Assembly: GCA_015069195.1 (NCBI GenBank)
Contig: SVJA01000003.1
Span: 129,838-193,837 of the forward strand
From: Oscillospiraceae bacterium
Lineage (GTDB): Bacteria; Bacillota; Clostridia; UBA1212
DNA length: 64,000 nt
Direction: 5' to 3'
The translations under genes were made by a program, and so were the position numbers. Positions within the stretch are counted from its first letter, which is position 1, and each line of letters starts with the position of its first letter. Under the pieces are notes generated by a model. That model was not told where the DNA came from and searched no databases. It was given only the letters and a program-made list of their open reading frames with translations. Shown here piece by piece: positions 1 through 10,607 of the stretch.

Positions 1-627
1 ACCGGAACTTCGTTTGTAAGTCCGGTCGAAACAGAGGTGGCGCAGCCTACGGCCGCGCCGCCAACTCCGACACCATATATACCGATTATCAGTCCCGATA
101 AAATCGGTATATACATTCCGTCAGAAGACGGAACATCGTCACGAAAGTATATAACAGAATTTAAAAGTGAAAGGGTTGCAAAAAAAGACATTGATTGTTT
201 TGAAGTGTTTGCAACTGATCTCCCTGTTGTGAAAGGAAACTCTTTTAAAAATATGTGGAAAAGTTTGTGGGATAATTTCGACGAAAAAACGGGTTCGAAA
301 ATAGGGTTTATGCTTGATTTTCAATTAGCAGACGGAACCGTCGTGTCGGAAACAATACTGAAGCCGAGTGATGCTTCGGGCTTTTATGATTTTTTAGAAG
401 TCTATATATACGACGATATAAATCAGGACGGCGGTTGGTACACCCACCTTGACGATGAAGATATAACGGAACAGACTATAATGTCTTCGATAAAGCTCAC
501 ATCGGGAAAACGAATCGATGAAGTAGGCGATATAAAGCCCAGTGCGTTTATCTACAACGACGATGATAATTTTGATAAAAACGGTAAGTACATAGGTATG
601 GTAATTTCTACGGTGGTTATTTATTGA
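1..627 (+). CDS. hypothetical protein, probably 5'-truncated at window edge (Pro/Thr linker + acidic C-terminal domain)
   Basis: Frame open from nt 1 with no stop before GTG 37; AQPTAAPPTPTP linker typical of interdomain linkers in secreted proteins. Confidence 0.4.
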   Translation, partial: TGTSFVSPVETEVAQPTAAPPTPTPYIPIISPDKIGIYIPSEDGTSSRKYITEFKSERVAKKDIDCFEVFATDLPVVKGNSFKNMWKSLWDNFDEKTGSKIGFMLDFQLADGTVVSETILKPSDASGFYDFLEVYIYDDINQDGGWYTHLDDEDITEQTIMSSIKLTSGKRIDEVGDIKPSAFIYNDDDNFDKNGKYIGMVISTVVIY

Positions 628-684
628 CGGATTTTCAGGTAAACTAAATCACCAAAAATATATAGAAATTTTTGTAAAAAACTA

Positions 685-713
685 TTGCAATCTTTACATA
701 GACAATGTATAAT
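685..713 (+). promoter_or_regulatory. sigma-A type promoter of S10 operon (TTGCAA-17-TATAAT)
   Basis: TTGCAA 685-690, 17-nt spacer, TATAAT 708-713; ~320 nt leader before rpsJ. Confidence 0.5.
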
Positions 714-1042
714 ACCGAATTGTGACCGACTGTGAAGCAGGAGATTGCTGTGACGAAGACAGTTGAGAGCCGGGTGGTTTACTTAAAATGATCAGTAAGT
801 TCACCGCTTTGGGATCAATGATGCGCGTACACAGGTAACTCATGCGGAGAATGTCCGATTCTATGAAATTGGGCGGTATGTCACTGTATAGCAGATGTTT
901 GTACATCTTAATTCAGATATCCGGATTGAAATCCTCCTAAGGGGGATAACTCGATTTGGAATTTTTAATGAAGCGAGATGAAACACACGGAAGTGTGTAC
1001 AGGGGTTACTGAGAAGTCAAAAGAAAGAGAGGAAAATTTAAA

Positions 1043-1360
1043 ATGGCAAGTAAGCAGAAAATGAGTATCAAACTTAAAGCTTATGATCATCAGCTTATCG
1101 ATCAGTCAGCTCAGAAGATAGTTGACACAGCAAAGAGAACAGGTGCGGCAGTGTCCGGTCCTATTCCGCTCCCGACAGAAATCGAGAGAGTTACTATTCT
1201 TCGTGCTGTTCATAAGTACAAAGATTCTCGTGAGCAGTTTGAAATGAGAACTCACAAGAGACTTGTTGAGATTTTGATGCCTACACCGAAGACAGTTGAC
1301 GCTTTGATGAGACTTGATCTTCCTGCTGGTGTTGATATCGAAATCAAGGTTAAGCAGTAA
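1043..1360 (+). CDS. rpsJ: 30S ribosomal protein S10
   Basis: Translation matches S10 family along full length; first gene of S10 operon. Confidence 0.95.
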   Translation: MASKQKMSIKLKAYDHQLIDQSAQKIVDTAKRTGAAVSGPIPLPTEIERVTILRAVHKYKDSREQFEMRTHKRLVEILMPTPKTVDALMRLDLPAGVDIEIKVKQ

Positions 1361-1539
1361 TCGCTTCCTTATACAATAGGTAAGACAAGCTTAACAAGTT
1401 ATTTAAACCGGTTGTTACGGCAAAATGCCGATACAATATGTCTTAAGCGGCGGTCTGTAAAAGGTTCGAACAGACGGAAGTGTTGCGAAAGATAGGTCAT
1501 GTTCAGGTTGGCTGAACCAATAACCAAAGGAGGAAAAAG

Positions 1540-2172
1540 ATGAGTAAATTTATTTTAGGAACCAAAATCGGAATGACACAGATCTTTGATGCAGACGGTG
1601 TTTGCATTCCTGTTACAGTTATTCAGGCAGAACCCTGTGTAGTCATTCAGAAGAAAACAACAGAAACCGATAGCTACAATGCTATAAAAATCGGTGCAGG
1701 CAAGTGTGAGCTTAAGAAGCTCAACAAACCCGAAGCAGGCGTATTCAGCAAGCTCGGTATGGATAGCGGTTACAAATATCTCCGTGAGTTCAGAACAGAC
1801 GCTACTGATGAGTTTGAAATCGGTAAAGAAATCGGCGTATCCATATTCAGTGACGGCGATTGCGTAGATGTAAGCGGTACTTCAAAAGGTAAAGGCTTCC
1901 AGGGCGCAATCAAGAGACACGGTCAGAAAATCGGACCGAAGTCACATGGTTCTAAGTACCACAGAGGTGTAGGTTCCATGGGTCCTAATACAGATCCCGG
2001 TAAGGTCTTCAAAGGAAAGAAAATGCCCGGACATATGGGTAGCGAGACTGTTACAGTCCAGAACCTTTCCATAGTAAAAGTTGACGGCGAGAGAAATCTT
2101 CTTCTCATAAAGGGTGCAGTTCCCGGTGCGAAGGGTACTTTGCTCGAAATCAGCCAGTCAGTTAAGGCCTAA
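1540..2172 (+). CDS. rplC: 50S ribosomal protein L3
   Basis: Conserved L3 sequence; RBS AAAGGAGG upstream. Confidence 0.95.
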   Translation: MSKFILGTKIGMTQIFDADGVCIPVTVIQAEPCVVIQKKTTETDSYNAIKIGAGKCELKKLNKPEAGVFSKLGMDSGYKYLREFRTDATDEFEIGKEIGVSIFSDGDCVDVSGTSKGKGFQGAIKRHGQKIGPKSHGSKYHRGVGSMGPNTDPGKVFKGKKMPGHMGSETVTVQNLSIVKVDGERNLLLIKGAVPGAKGTLLEISQSVKA

Positions 2173-2195
2173 TGTCAGGGAAGGAGGAAACTATA

Positions 2196-2819
2196 ATGGC
2201 AAACGCAAAAGTTTATGATATGTCAGGAAAGTTTATAGAAGAGATCGAACTCGATGCTAACATTTTCGGTGTTGAAGTAAATACAGCAGTTATCCATGCG
2301 GCAGTAGTAAATCAGCTCGCAAATAAGCGTCAGGGTACTCAGTCAGCTAAGACAAAGAGCGAAGTAAGCGGCGGCGGTAAGAAGCCTTACAGACAGAAAG
2401 GTACAGGCCGTGCAAGACAGGGTAGCACAAGATCAGCACAGTGGATCAAAGGCGGTATCGTATTTGCTCCGAAGCCGAGAAGCTACAGATATGCACTTCC
2501 CAAGAAAGTTAAGAGATTTGCTCTCAAATCAGCACTTTCATCAAAGGCTGCAGCTGAAGAAATTATCGTACTCGATACTCTTTCAGTAGATGAGATAAAG
2601 ACTAAAAACATTGTAGCAGTTCTTAAGAACCTCGAAGTTGCAACATCTGCATTGTTCGTAATTGCAGAGAGCGACGAGAAGATTGTTAAGTCTGCAAGAA
2701 ATATTGAGCTTGTTAGCACAGCTTGTGTAAATACAATTAATGTATACGATATCCTTCGTCACAACAAGTTGATAATAACAAAAGAAGCTCTTGCTAAAGT
2801 ATCGGAGGTATATGCATGA
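2196..2819 (+). CDS. rplD: 50S ribosomal protein L4
   Basis: ATG 2196 preceded by AAGGAGG 2181-2187; MANAKVYD... L4 N-terminus; ORF-track start 2172 rejected. Confidence 0.93.
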   Translation: MANAKVYDMSGKFIEEIELDANIFGVEVNTAVIHAAVVNQLANKRQGTQSAKTKSEVSGGGKKPYRQKGTGRARQGSTRSAQWIKGGIVFAPKPRSYRYALPKKVKRFALKSALSSKAAAEEIIVLDTLSVDEIKTKNIVAVLKNLEVATSALFVIAESDEKIVKSARNIELVSTACVNTINVYDILRHNKLIITKEALAKVSEVYA

Positions 2820-3178
2820 AAGAGTATGATGTAATTATTCGTCCCCATGTAACCGAGAAAAGTACTGAGCAGTCAGCAACAGGTAAGTACACATTTATCG
2901 TTGCAAAGACAGCTACAAAGATCGACATCAAAAATGCTGTTGAGAAACTTTTCAACGTAAAGGTATTGTCTGTAAATACTGTTCGTTACGACGGTAAAAG
3001 AAAGAGCCGCAGACAGGCAGGCGGCGAGGTTATCGGCTATACACCGAGCTACAAGAAAGCTATCGTTCAGATAGACACAGATCCCAAGGCTGCTTCATAC
3101 CAGACAAAGGGCGGCAAGGTTGTTAAGGCTGACAAGAAGTATAAGAATTCTATCGAAGAATTCGGATTCATTCAGTAA
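2816..3178 (+). CDS. rplW: 50S ribosomal protein L23 (with ~25-aa C-terminal extension)
   Basis: L23 core motifs; ATGA overlap with rplD stop. Confidence 0.9.
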   Translation: MKEYDVIIRPHVTEKSTEQSATGKYTFIVAKTATKIDIKNAVEKLFNVKVLSVNTVRYDGKRKSRRQAGGEVIGYTPSYKKAIVQIDTDPKAASYQTKGGKVVKADKKYKNSIEEFGFIQ

Positions 3179-3196
3179 GTAGGAGGGCAATAAAAA

Positions 3197-4030
3197 ATGG
3201 CTATTAAAAAATACAATCCTACAACACCGGGTAGAAGAGGAATGACAGTTTCTGCTTTTGAGGAAATCACAGGCAAGAGCAATATCAAAACTCTTATGGC
3301 GCCGGTAAAGAAGAACGCCGGAAGAAACTCTTACGGTAAAATCACTGTAAGACATCAGGGCGGAGGAGCGAAGAGACAGTACAGACTCATCGACTTCAAG
3401 AGAAACAAAGACGGAATTCCCGGAAAAGTTGCTTCTATTGAGTACGATCCGAACCGTACAGCTAACATCGCATTGATCGTATATGCAGATGGTGAAAAGA
3501 GATACATTCTCCATCCCGAAGGACTTAATGTAGGCGATACTGTTATGTCAGGCGCAGACGCAGATATCAAAGTTGGTAACTGCCTTCCTATCGAGAACAT
3601 TCCCGTAGGTACAGTTATTCACAACATTGAAATGAAGCCTGGTAAAGGCGCTCAGATGGTAAGGACTGCCGGCGGCAGTGCTCAGCTTATGGCTAAAGAA
3701 AACGGCTATGCACAGATCAGACTTGCTTCAGGTGAGGTAAGAATGGTAACAGTTAACTGCAAAGCTACAATCGGCCAGGTTGGCAACATAGATCACGAGA
3801 ATGTTAAAATCGGTAAAGCTGGTCGTAAGAGACATATGGGTATCAGACCTACGGTACGTGGTGTCGTAATGAACCCCTGCGATCACCCTCACGGTGGTGG
3901 TGAAGGTAAGTCTCCTGTCGGTATGCCGAGTCCTGTTACTCCTTGGGGTAAACCTGCTCTCGGATATAAGACAAGAGCTAAACACAAAGCTTCCGATAAG
4001 TACATCGTAAGAAGAAGAAACGGCAAATAA
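3197..4030 (+). CDS. rplB: 50S ribosomal protein L2
   Basis: Strong L2 similarity ([15 protein letters not shown]...). Confidence 0.96.
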   Translation: MAIKKYNPTTPGRRGMTVSAFEEITGKSNIKTLMAPVKKNAGRNSYGKITVRHQGGGAKRQYRLIDFKRNKDGIPGKVASIEYDPNRTANIALIVYADGEKRYILHPEGLNVGDTVMSGADADIKVGNCLPIENIPVGTVIHNIEMKPGKGAQMVRTAGGSAQLMAKENGYAQIRLASGEVRMVTVNCKATIGQVGNIDHENVKIGKAGRKRHMGIRPTVRGVVMNPCDHPHGGGEGKSPVGMPSPVTPWGKPALGYKTRAKHKASDKYIVRRRNGK

Positions 4031-4045
4031 TCAGGAGGGAAAATA

Positions 4046-4336
4046 ATGAGTAGATCAGTTAAAAAAGGACCTTACATTGAAGAAAGACTCCTTAACAGAA
4101 TCGAAGCAATGAATGCTAAAAACGAGAAAATCGTTATAAAGACATGGTCAAGAGCATCAACTATATTTCCTCAGATGGTAGGTCATACAATTGCTGTTCA
4201 TGACGGTAGAAAACATGTTCCGGTATACGTAACTGAGGAAATGGTCGGCCACAAGCTCGGCGAGTTTGCTCCGACAAGAACTTACAAGGGTCACGTAAAC
4301 AAAGCTGAGAAATCAAGCGGCGTTAAGAAGAAATAA
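4046..4336 (+). CDS. rpsS: 30S ribosomal protein S19
   Basis: S19 family sequence. Confidence 0.95.
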   Translation: MSRSVKKGPYIEERLLNRIEAMNAKNEKIVIKTWSRASTIFPQMVGHTIAVHDGRKHVPVYVTEEMVGHKLGEFAPTRTYKGHVNKAEKSSGVKKK

Positions 4337-4365
4337 TTGGTATAGTTTGGAAGGAGGAATTCCAG

Positions 4366-4842
4366 TTGGAAAGAAAAAGATTGGAAAAAGAAGAGCTTCT
4401 TGAAAGAAGAGAAGAACTTTTAGAGAAGTATTACGCACCTACAGCTAAAAATTGCAAACCTTTCATTCTCACCAAGAGAGAGCGCAAGATTCTCGGCATT
4501 GGCAGAGATCAGGGTAAGGCAGTTTTGAAGTATGCAAGAATATCACCCAGAAAAGTTAAAATTGTTTTGGATTTGATTAAAGGTAAGAGCTTGGATGAGG
4601 CATACGCTATTGTCCGTTATACACCTAAGGCAGCAAGTGAGCTTATTTACAAGCTTCTTAAGTCTGCTGAAGCTAATGCAGTTAACAACTTTGAGCTGGA
4701 TGCTGATAAGTTATATGTAGCTGATGCTTATGCATCACAGGGTCCGATTCTTAAGAGAATGCAGCCTGTATCCAGAGGCCGCGGTAACAGAATCAACAAA
4801 AGAACCAGCCATATAACAGTAGTTGTTAAAGAGAGAGTTTAA
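4366..4842 (+). CDS. rplV: 50S ribosomal protein L22 with ~45-aa Glu/Lys/Arg-rich N-terminal extension
   Basis: L22 core ([18 protein letters not shown]...) from residue ~47; only in-frame start is TTG 4366 after GGAGGA 4352-4357; no ATG closer to the core. Confidence 0.85.
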   Translation: MERKRLEKEELLERREELLEKYYAPTAKNCKPFILTKRERKILGIGRDQGKAVLKYARISPRKVKIVLDLIKGKSLDEAYAIVRYTPKAASELIYKLLKSAEANAVNNFELDADKLYVADAYASQGPILKRMQPVSRGRGNRINKRTSHITVVVKERV

Positions 4843-4856
4843 GAGGAGGTTGTATA

Positions 4857-5519
4857 ATGGGTCAGAAAGTTAATCCTCACGGTCTTAGAGTCGGCGTTAT
4901 AAAGGATTGGGATTCAAGATGGTTCGCAAACAAGAAAGATTTTGCTAATTATCTTGTAGAAGATGCTAAAGTAAGAGATTTTCTTAAGAAAGAACTCTAC
5001 AAAGCCGGCGTTTCAAAGATAAGAATTGAAAGAACAGCCAATAAGCTCATCATCAACGTTGACGTAGCTAAACCCGGTATGGTTATCGGTAAGGGCGGCG
5101 TAAAGAAAGAAGAGCTTAAGGCAAAACTCGAAAAATACATCGGTCGCGCAGTTATTATCAATGTTTTCGAAGTTAAGTCACCCGATATGGATGCTCAGCT
5201 TTGTGCAGAAAACATTGCTACACAGCTCGAACAGCGTGTATCTTTCAGAAGAGCTATGAAGCAGGTAATGGGCAGAACAATGCGTGCCGGTGCTCTCGGT
5301 ATAAAGACTGCTTGTTCAGGTCGTCTCGGAGGTGCAGAAATCGCACGTACAGAGCATTACCATGAAGGAACAATTCCGCTTCAGACACTTCGTGCCGATA
5401 TTGATTACGGATTTGCAGAGGCAAATACAACATACGGTAAAATCGGTGTAAAGGTTTGGATTTACAAGGGAGAGGTTCTTCCTGCAGCTAAGAAAAATGC
5501 AGAAGGAGGCGCTAACTAA
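4857..5519 (+). CDS. rpsC: 30S ribosomal protein S3
   Basis: S3 family ([13 protein letters not shown]...). Confidence 0.96.
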   Translation: MGQKVNPHGLRVGVIKDWDSRWFANKKDFANYLVEDAKVRDFLKKELYKAGVSKIRIERTANKLIINVDVAKPGMVIGKGGVKKEELKAKLEKYIGRAVIINVFEVKSPDMDAQLCAENIATQLEQRVSFRRAMKQVMGRTMRAGALGIKTACSGRLGGAEIARTEHYHEGTIPLQTLRADIDYGFAEANTTYGKIGVKVWIYKGEVLPAAKKNAEGGAN

Positions 5520-5520
5520 T

Positions 5521-5961
5521 ATGTTAATTCCGAAAAGAGTTAAACACAGAAAAGTCCAGAGAGGCAGAATGAAAGGCAAAGCTACAAGAGGTAATGTGGT
5601 ATGCTATGGTGAGTTTGGTCTCCAGACAACTGAGTGCGGTTGGATCACTGGTAATCAGATTGAGGCAGCACGTATCGCAGTTAACAGATACATCAAAAGA
5701 GGCGGTAAAGTTTGGATAAAGGTATTCCCCGATAAGCCGATCACAAAGAAACCTGCTGAAACTCGAATGGGTTCAGGTAAAGGTTCTCCGGAGTACTGGG
5801 TAGCAGTTGTTAAACCGGGCCGCGTTCTTATCGAAATTGCAGGTGTTAGTGAAGAAGTTGCAAGAGAGGCACTTCGTCTTGCTATGCATAAGCTTCCTGT
5901 TAAGTGTAAGATAATTGCACGTGAAGCAGCAGAAATGGAAGGTGAAACAAATGAAGGCTAA
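5521..5961 (+). CDS. rplP: 50S ribosomal protein L16
   Basis: ATG 5521 gives [11 protein letters not shown] canonical L16 start; GGAGG 5505-5509. Confidence 0.94.
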   Translation: MLIPKRVKHRKVQRGRMKGKATRGNVVCYGEFGLQTTECGWITGNQIEAARIAVNRYIKRGGKVWIKVFPDKPITKKPAETRMGSGKGSPEYWVAVVKPGRVLIEIAGVSEEVAREALRLAMHKLPVKCKIIAREAAEMEGETNEG

Positions 5962-6172
5962 GGACTACAATGCTAAATTGGCTAAAATGACTCTTGATGA
6001 GTTGAAGAAAGAAGAGAACGAACTTAAAGCTCAGCTCTTCAAGCTTCGTTTCCAGCAGGCTACTACTGCTATGGAGAATCCTACACAGCTTAAGTTTGTT
6101 AAGCGTGACATTGCAAGAGTTAAAACTGCAATCAAGAAATTAGAAATTGCTCAGCAGGCAGAAAATGCTTAA
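5951..6172 (+). CDS. rpmC: 50S ribosomal protein L29
   Basis: ATG 5951 (MKAKDYNAK...) overlaps rplP end as usual. Confidence 0.9.
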   Translation: MKAKDYNAKLAKMTLDELKKEENELKAQLFKLRFQQATTAMENPTQLKFVKRDIARVKTAIKKLEIAQQAENA

Positions 6173-6188
6173 TTTTGAAAGGAGGTAG

Positions 6189-6452
6189 TTGGTTTTGTCA
6201 GAAAGAAATTTGAGAAAGACAAGAGTAGGTAAAGTTATCAGCGACAAGATGGATAAGACTATCGTTGTAGCAGTTGAGAACAGCGTAAAGCATCCGCTCT
6301 ATAAGAAAATCGTAAAGAAGACATATAAGCTTAAGGCTCATGATGAAAACAATGAAGCCGGAATAGGCGATACCGTAATGGTAATGGAAACCAGACCTTT
6401 GAGTAAGGATAAACGCTGGAGATTGGTTTCTATTGTAGAAAAGGCTCAGTAA
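6189..6452 (+). CDS. rpsQ: 30S ribosomal protein S17
   Basis: S17 family; TTG start after GGAGG. Confidence 0.9.
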   Translation: MVLSERNLRKTRVGKVISDKMDKTIVVAVENSVKHPLYKKIVKKTYKLKAHDENNEAGIGDTVMVMETRPLSKDKRWRLVSIVEKAQ

Positions 6453-6470
6453 TTTTTAGGAGGGTTTGAA

Positions 6471-6839
6471 ATGATACAAGTACAGACAAGACTTAAGGTT
6501 GCTGACAATACCGGTGCTAAAGAATTGATGTGTATCAAAGTTATCGGCGGAAGTAAAAGACGTTATGCTAACATCGGTGATATCATCATCTGTTCAGTAA
6601 AGAGCGCTGCACCGGGCGGCATCGTTAAAAAAGGCGAAGTTGTAAAGTGCGTTGTTGTTCGTACCAAACGTGGTGTAAGAAGGAACGACGGTACTTATAT
6701 AAAATTTGATGAAAATGCTGCAGTTCTTATAAAGGATGATCTTAATCCGAAGGGAACTCGTATTTTTGGACCTGTCGCAAGAGAACTCAGAGATAATGAT
6801 TTCATGAAGATCGTCTCGCTTGCGCCTGAAGTTCTTTGA
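6471..6839 (+). CDS. rplN: 50S ribosomal protein L14
   Basis: [17 protein letters not shown]... L14. Confidence 0.96.
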   Translation: MIQVQTRLKVADNTGAKELMCIKVIGGSKRRYANIGDIIICSVKSAAPGGIVKKGEVVKCVVVRTKRGVRRNDGTYIKFDENAAVLIKDDLNPKGTRIFGPVARELRDNDFMKIVSLAPEVL

Positions 6840-6852
6840 TGGAGGGAATATA

Positions 6853-7200
6853 ATGAGCAGTTTGAATATTAAAAAAGGCGATGAAGTCGTTATACTCACA
6901 GGCAAGGATTCAGGAAAGAAAGGTAAAGTTCTTGCAGTTCTTACTGAAGAAGAGCGTGTTGTAGTAGAAGGAAGACAGAAAGTTTCAAAACACAAAAAGC
7001 CGAGAAGCCAGAAGGATGTAGGCGGAATTGTTGCACAGGAAGCTTCTATCCATGTTTCAAATGTTATGGTTATCTGCCCTAAATGCGGCAAGGCAACCAG
7101 AACAGGTCATCAGATCATCGAAGACGGCAACAAAAAGATTAAAGTTCGTGTTTGCAAAAAATGCGGTGCCACAATCAAAACTGTTGACGCTACGAAATGA
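6853..7200 (+). CDS. rplX: 50S ribosomal protein L24 (KOW) with C-terminal CxxC...CxxC motif
   Basis: ATG 6853 after GGAGGG; KOW motif; C-terminal CPKCG...CKKCG. Confidence 0.9.
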   Translation: MSSLNIKKGDEVVILTGKDSGKKGKVLAVLTEEERVVVEGRQKVSKHKKPRSQKDVGGIVAQEASIHVSNVMVICPKCGKATRTGHQIIEDGNKKIKVRVCKKCGATIKTVDATK

Positions 7201-7218
7201 TCGAAGGGAGGATAATTG

Positions 7219-7758
7219 ATGTTAAGACTTAAAGAAAGATATATCAAAGAAATCGCTCCTGCAATGATGGAGAAATTTCAGTACAAGAATGTAATGCAGA
7301 TTCCGAAGCTCGAAAAGATCGTTATCAATATGGGTCTCGGTGAGATTAAAGAAAACCCGAAAGCTCTTGAATCAGCTATGGCAGACCTTAAGCTCATCAC
7401 AGGTCAAACTCCTGTTGTAACAAAGGCTAAGAAGTCAATTGCTGCATTCAAGCTCAGACAGGGCATGAACATCGGTTGCAAAGTTACTCTTCGTGGTGAG
7501 AAAATGTATGCTTTTGCTGATAAGCTTATGAGCATCGCTCTTCCCCGTATCAGAGACTTCCACGGTATCCCCGGAAACTCTTTTGACGGCAGAGGTAACT
7601 ATGCACTCGGTCTTAAGGAACAGCTTATATTCCCTGAGATCGAGTACGATAAAATCGACAAAGTAAGAGGTATGGATATCATATTTGTTACTACAGCTAA
7701 CACTGATGAAGAAGCGAAAGAATTGCTCAGACTTATGGGCATGCCTTTTGCACAGTAA
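7219..7758 (+). CDS. rplE: 50S ribosomal protein L5
   Basis: L5 family; ATG 7219. Confidence 0.95.
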   Translation: MLRLKERYIKEIAPAMMEKFQYKNVMQIPKLEKIVINMGLGEIKENPKALESAMADLKLITGQTPVVTKAKKSIAAFKLRQGMNIGCKVTLRGEKMYAFADKLMSIALPRIRDFHGIPGNSFDGRGNYALGLKEQLIFPEIEYDKIDKVRGMDIIFVTTANTDEEAKELLRLMGMPFAQ

Positions 7759-7773
7759 TGGAGGGATTGACTC

Positions 7774-7959
7774 ATGGCTAAAACTTCAATGAAAATTAAG
7801 CAGCAGAGAACACCTAAATTCTCTACAAGAGCTTACAACAGATGTCAGCTTTGCGGTCGTCCGCATTCTTACATCAGAAAATATGGTATTTGCCGTATTT
7901 GCTTCAGAGAATTGGCTTACAAGGGCCAGATTCCCGGAATCAAAAAAGCAAGCTGGTAA
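7774..7959 (+). CDS. rpsZ: 30S ribosomal protein S14 type Z (61 aa, zinc-binding)
   Basis: 61 aa with CxxC...CxxC; canonical short S14. Confidence 0.95.
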   Translation: MAKTSMKIKQQRTPKFSTRAYNRCQLCGRPHSYIRKYGICRICFRELAYKGQIPGIKKASW

Positions 7960-7980
7960 TAATTTAAGGAGGGTAAAGTT

Positions 7981-8379
7981 ATGCAAATTACAGACGTAAT
8001 CGCTGATATGCTTACACGTATCAGAAATGCAGGTACAGCTAAACACGCAACTGTTGACGTTCCTGCTTCAAAACTTAAAAATGCTATTGCAGATATCCTT
8101 CTTGAAGAGGGTTACATTGCAAAAGTTGAGAACATCGCAGATGACAAGCAGGGTGTTATCCGTATCACATTAAAGTATACAGCTAACAAGAAATCTGTTA
8201 TCTCCGGTATAAAGAGAATTTCTAAGCCCGGTCTCAGAGTATATGCTAACAAAGAAGAGCTTCCGAAAGTTCTTAACGGACTCGGTATTGCTATCGTTTC
8301 TACTTCTAAAGGCATTATGACTGATAAGAAGGCTAGAAAGCTCGGTCTCGGCGGTGAAGTTATGGCATTTGTTTGGTAA
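7981..8379 (+). CDS. rpsH: 30S ribosomal protein S8
   Basis: S8 family. Confidence 0.95.
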   Translation: MQITDVIADMLTRIRNAGTAKHATVDVPASKLKNAIADILLEEGYIAKVENIADDKQGVIRITLKYTANKKSVISGIKRISKPGLRVYANKEELPKVLNGLGIAIVSTSKGIMTDKKARKLGLGGEVMAFVW

Positions 8380-8504
8380 TCCAAACGGCCGTAAAATTAG
8401 TTAAATTATCGGTTTAAACCGATTTAGATTATCTGAAAAGAGTTTGTGCGGTATGTTTATCGCATATCGCACAGATTCAGAATTTAAGATTGGAGGAAAA
8501 ACAA

Positions 8505-9050
8505 ATGTCCAGAATAGGCAGAAAGCCCATTACGGTTCCTGCAGGCGTAGAAGTTAAAATCGCTGATGGCAACACAGTTGTTGTTAAAGGACCCAAGGGT
8601 ACTCTCACAGAAAAGTTTAATGAGAGAATGACAATTAAAATGGAAGGTACAGAGATTACTGTTGAAAGAGCTTCTGATGATAAGCTTGACAGATCGCTTC
8701 ACGGTCTTACAAGAACACTTATCCAGAACATGGTTGACGGTGTAACAAAAGGCTTTGAGAAGAATCTCGAAATCAACGGTGTAGGTTACAGAGCAGCAAT
8801 GCAGGGTAACAAACTCGTACTTAACGTAGGTTATTCACATCCTGTTGAGATGATTGCTCCCGAAGGTGTTACTATCGAAGTACCCGCACAGGAAAAAATC
8901 GTTATCAAAGGTGCTAATAAGCAGGCAGTCGGCGAATTTGCGGCTAAAGTCAGAAGTGTTCGTAAACCTGAGCCTTACAAAGGAAAAGGTATTAAGTATG
9001 CTGATGAGTTTATCAGACGCAAAGAAGGTAAGACCGGTGCTAAGAAGTAA
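8505..9050 (+). CDS. rplF: 50S ribosomal protein L6
   Basis: ATG 8505 ([12 protein letters not shown]...) after GGAGG 8492-8496. Confidence 0.94.
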   Translation: MSRIGRKPITVPAGVEVKIADGNTVVVKGPKGTLTEKFNERMTIKMEGTEITVERASDDKLDRSLHGLTRTLIQNMVDGVTKGFEKNLEINGVGYRAAMQGNKLVLNVGYSHPVEMIAPEGVTIEVPAQEKIVIKGANKQAVGEFAAKVRSVRKPEPYKGKGIKYADEFIRRKEGKTGAKK

Positions 9051-9069
9051 GAAAGGGAGTGTAGCTTAA

Positions 9070-9438
9070 ATGATTAAGAAAGTCAGCAAAAATGCAATTC
9101 GCCAGAGAAGACATCTGCGCGTAAGAAAAAAGATAGTTGGCACAAGCGAGCGCCCGAGACTTAATGTTTTCAGAAGTAATGCAAACATCTATGCTCAGAT
9201 TATTGACGATTCTGAAGGCAAAACTTTAGTATCAGCGTCTACTCTTGACAAAGCTATCGCAGACAAAGTAGATAACGGCAGCAACATCGATGCTGCTACA
9301 GAGGTTGGTAAGCTTGTTGCGGAAAGAGCTCTTGCTTCCGGTATAACTAACGTAGTATTTGACCGCGGCGGTTATATTTATCACGGACGTGTAAAAGCAC
9401 TTGCAGATGCAGCCCGTGAAGCAGGCCTTGTATTTTAA
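9070..9438 (+). CDS. rplR: 50S ribosomal protein L18
   Basis: L18 family. Confidence 0.95.
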   Translation: MIKKVSKNAIRQRRHLRVRKKIVGTSERPRLNVFRSNANIYAQIIDDSEGKTLVSASTLDKAIADKVDNGSNIDAATEVGKLVAERALASGITNVVFDRGGYIYHGRVKALADAAREAGLVF

Positions 9439-9458
9439 TAAGGCAGGAGGGAGAAATT

Positions 9459-9959
9459 ATGGAACGTAATAATACAGAAAATAATGAGTTCAAAGAGAAG
9501 CTTGTACACCTTGGTAAAGTAACAAAGGTTGTTAAAGGTGGTCGTAACTTCAGATGGAGTGCTCTCGTTGTAGTAGGTGACTCTAACGGTCGCGTAGGTG
9601 CAGGCCTTGGTAAAGCAGGTGAAGTATCAGACGCTATCAGAAAAGCTGTTGACGCTGCTAAAAAGAATCTTATAACAGTTCCGATGGTAGGAACAACAAT
9701 TCCTCACGAAATCATCGGTTGCTACGGTGCAGGCGAAGTTCTTCTTAAGCCGGCTAAAGAAGGTAGCGGTGTTATCGCAGGCGGTGCAGCTCGTGCAGTT
9801 ATTGAGCTTGCAGGTATAAGAGATATTAAGACTAAGTGCCTTAGATCAAACAACCCCACAAATGTTGTTAATGCTACTATCGCAGGTCTTAAAGGTCTTA
9901 CAACTGTTGAGGAAGTTGCAAAACTTCGCGGCAAGTCAGTTGAAGAAATTCTTGAATAA
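9459..9959 (+). CDS. rpsE: 30S ribosomal protein S5
   Basis: S5 family. Confidence 0.95.
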   Translation: MERNNTENNEFKEKLVHLGKVTKVVKGGRNFRWSALVVVGDSNGRVGAGLGKAGEVSDAIRKAVDAAKKNLITVPMVGTTIPHEIIGCYGAGEVLLKPAKEGSGVIAGGAARAVIELAGIRDIKTKCLRSNNPTNVVNATIAGLKGLTTVEEVAKLRGKSVEEILE

Positions 9960-9973
9960 GGAGGGCTTTTTAA

Positions 9974-10147
9974 ATGTTGAAGATTACACTTGTAAAAAGT
10001 ATCAACGGCACAAAGAAAAATCAGAGTGCTACTGTTAAGGCTCTCGGATTGAAGAAAATCGGAAGCAGTGTTGAAAAGACAGACACACCTCAAATCAGAG
10101 GTATGATCAATGTAGTAAGCCACCTCGTTGTGGTTGAAGAAGTTTAA
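9974..10147 (+). CDS. rpmD: 50S ribosomal protein L30 (57 aa; below ORF-track size cutoff)
   Basis: ATG 9974 after GGAGGG; [17 protein letters not shown]... L30; expected position between rpsE and rplO. Confidence 0.85.
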   Translation: MLKITLVKSINGTKKNQSATVKALGLKKIGSSVEKTDTPQIRGMINVVSHLVVVEEV

Positions 10148-10162
10148 TGGAGGTGCTGGTCA

Positions 10163-10606
10163 ATGAAACTTAACGAATTGTGTCCCGCAGAGGGCTCCAA
10201 GCGTGAAGCTTACAGAAAAGGCAGAGGTCACGGATCCGGCAACGGCAAAACAGCAGGCCGTGGTCACAAGGGTCAGAAAGCACGTTCAGGCGGCGGCGTA
10301 AGACCGGGCTTTGAGGGTGGTCAGACTCCTCTTTACAGAAGAATCCCGAAGAGAGGATTCAACAACAAACGTTTTGCTGCAGTTTATGCAGAGATTAACG
10401 TAAGTGCTTTGAATGTATTTGAAGACGGTGCAGTAGTAGATGCTACAGCTCTCATCGAAGCAGGCTTGATAAAAAAAGCATTTGACGGTGTAAGTGTTCT
10501 CGGTAACGGCGATCTTACAAAGAAGATTACTGTTAAGGCTGCAAGATTCACCAAAACAGCTACTGAGAAAATAGAGAGTTTGGGAGGAAAGGCTGAGGTG
10601 ATCTGA
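10163..10606 (+). CDS. rplO: 50S ribosomal protein L15
   Basis: L15 family. Confidence 0.95.
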   Translation: MKLNELCPAEGSKREAYRKGRGHGSGNGKTAGRGHKGQKARSGGGVRPGFEGGQTPLYRRIPKRGFNNKRFAAVYAEINVSALNVFEDGAVVDATALIEAGLIKKAFDGVSVLGNGDLTKKITVKAARFTKTATEKIESLGGKAEVI

Positions 10607-10607
10607 T

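Noticed and set aside
1450-1480. tRNA-like GGTTCGAA motif
   Set aside because: It is the loop of a simple hairpin (CGGTCTGT...ACAGACGG) with no acceptor or anticodon arms. No tRNA genes were recognised anywhere in the window.
2172-2195. Upstream ATG start for rplD (MSGKEETIMANAK...)
   Set aside because: It overlaps the RBS. ATG 2196 gives the canonical L4 N-terminus with proper SD spacing.
6594-7091. 165-aa minus-strand ORF across rplN/rplX; similar long antisense ORFs at 10286-10876, 23983-24492, 24669-25235, 43597-44016, 46852-47505 and 49347-49928
   Set aside because: All are antisense shadows of strongly conserved genes (ribosomal proteins, secY, spmB, cotH, fhs, purL, purD) with low-complexity translations.
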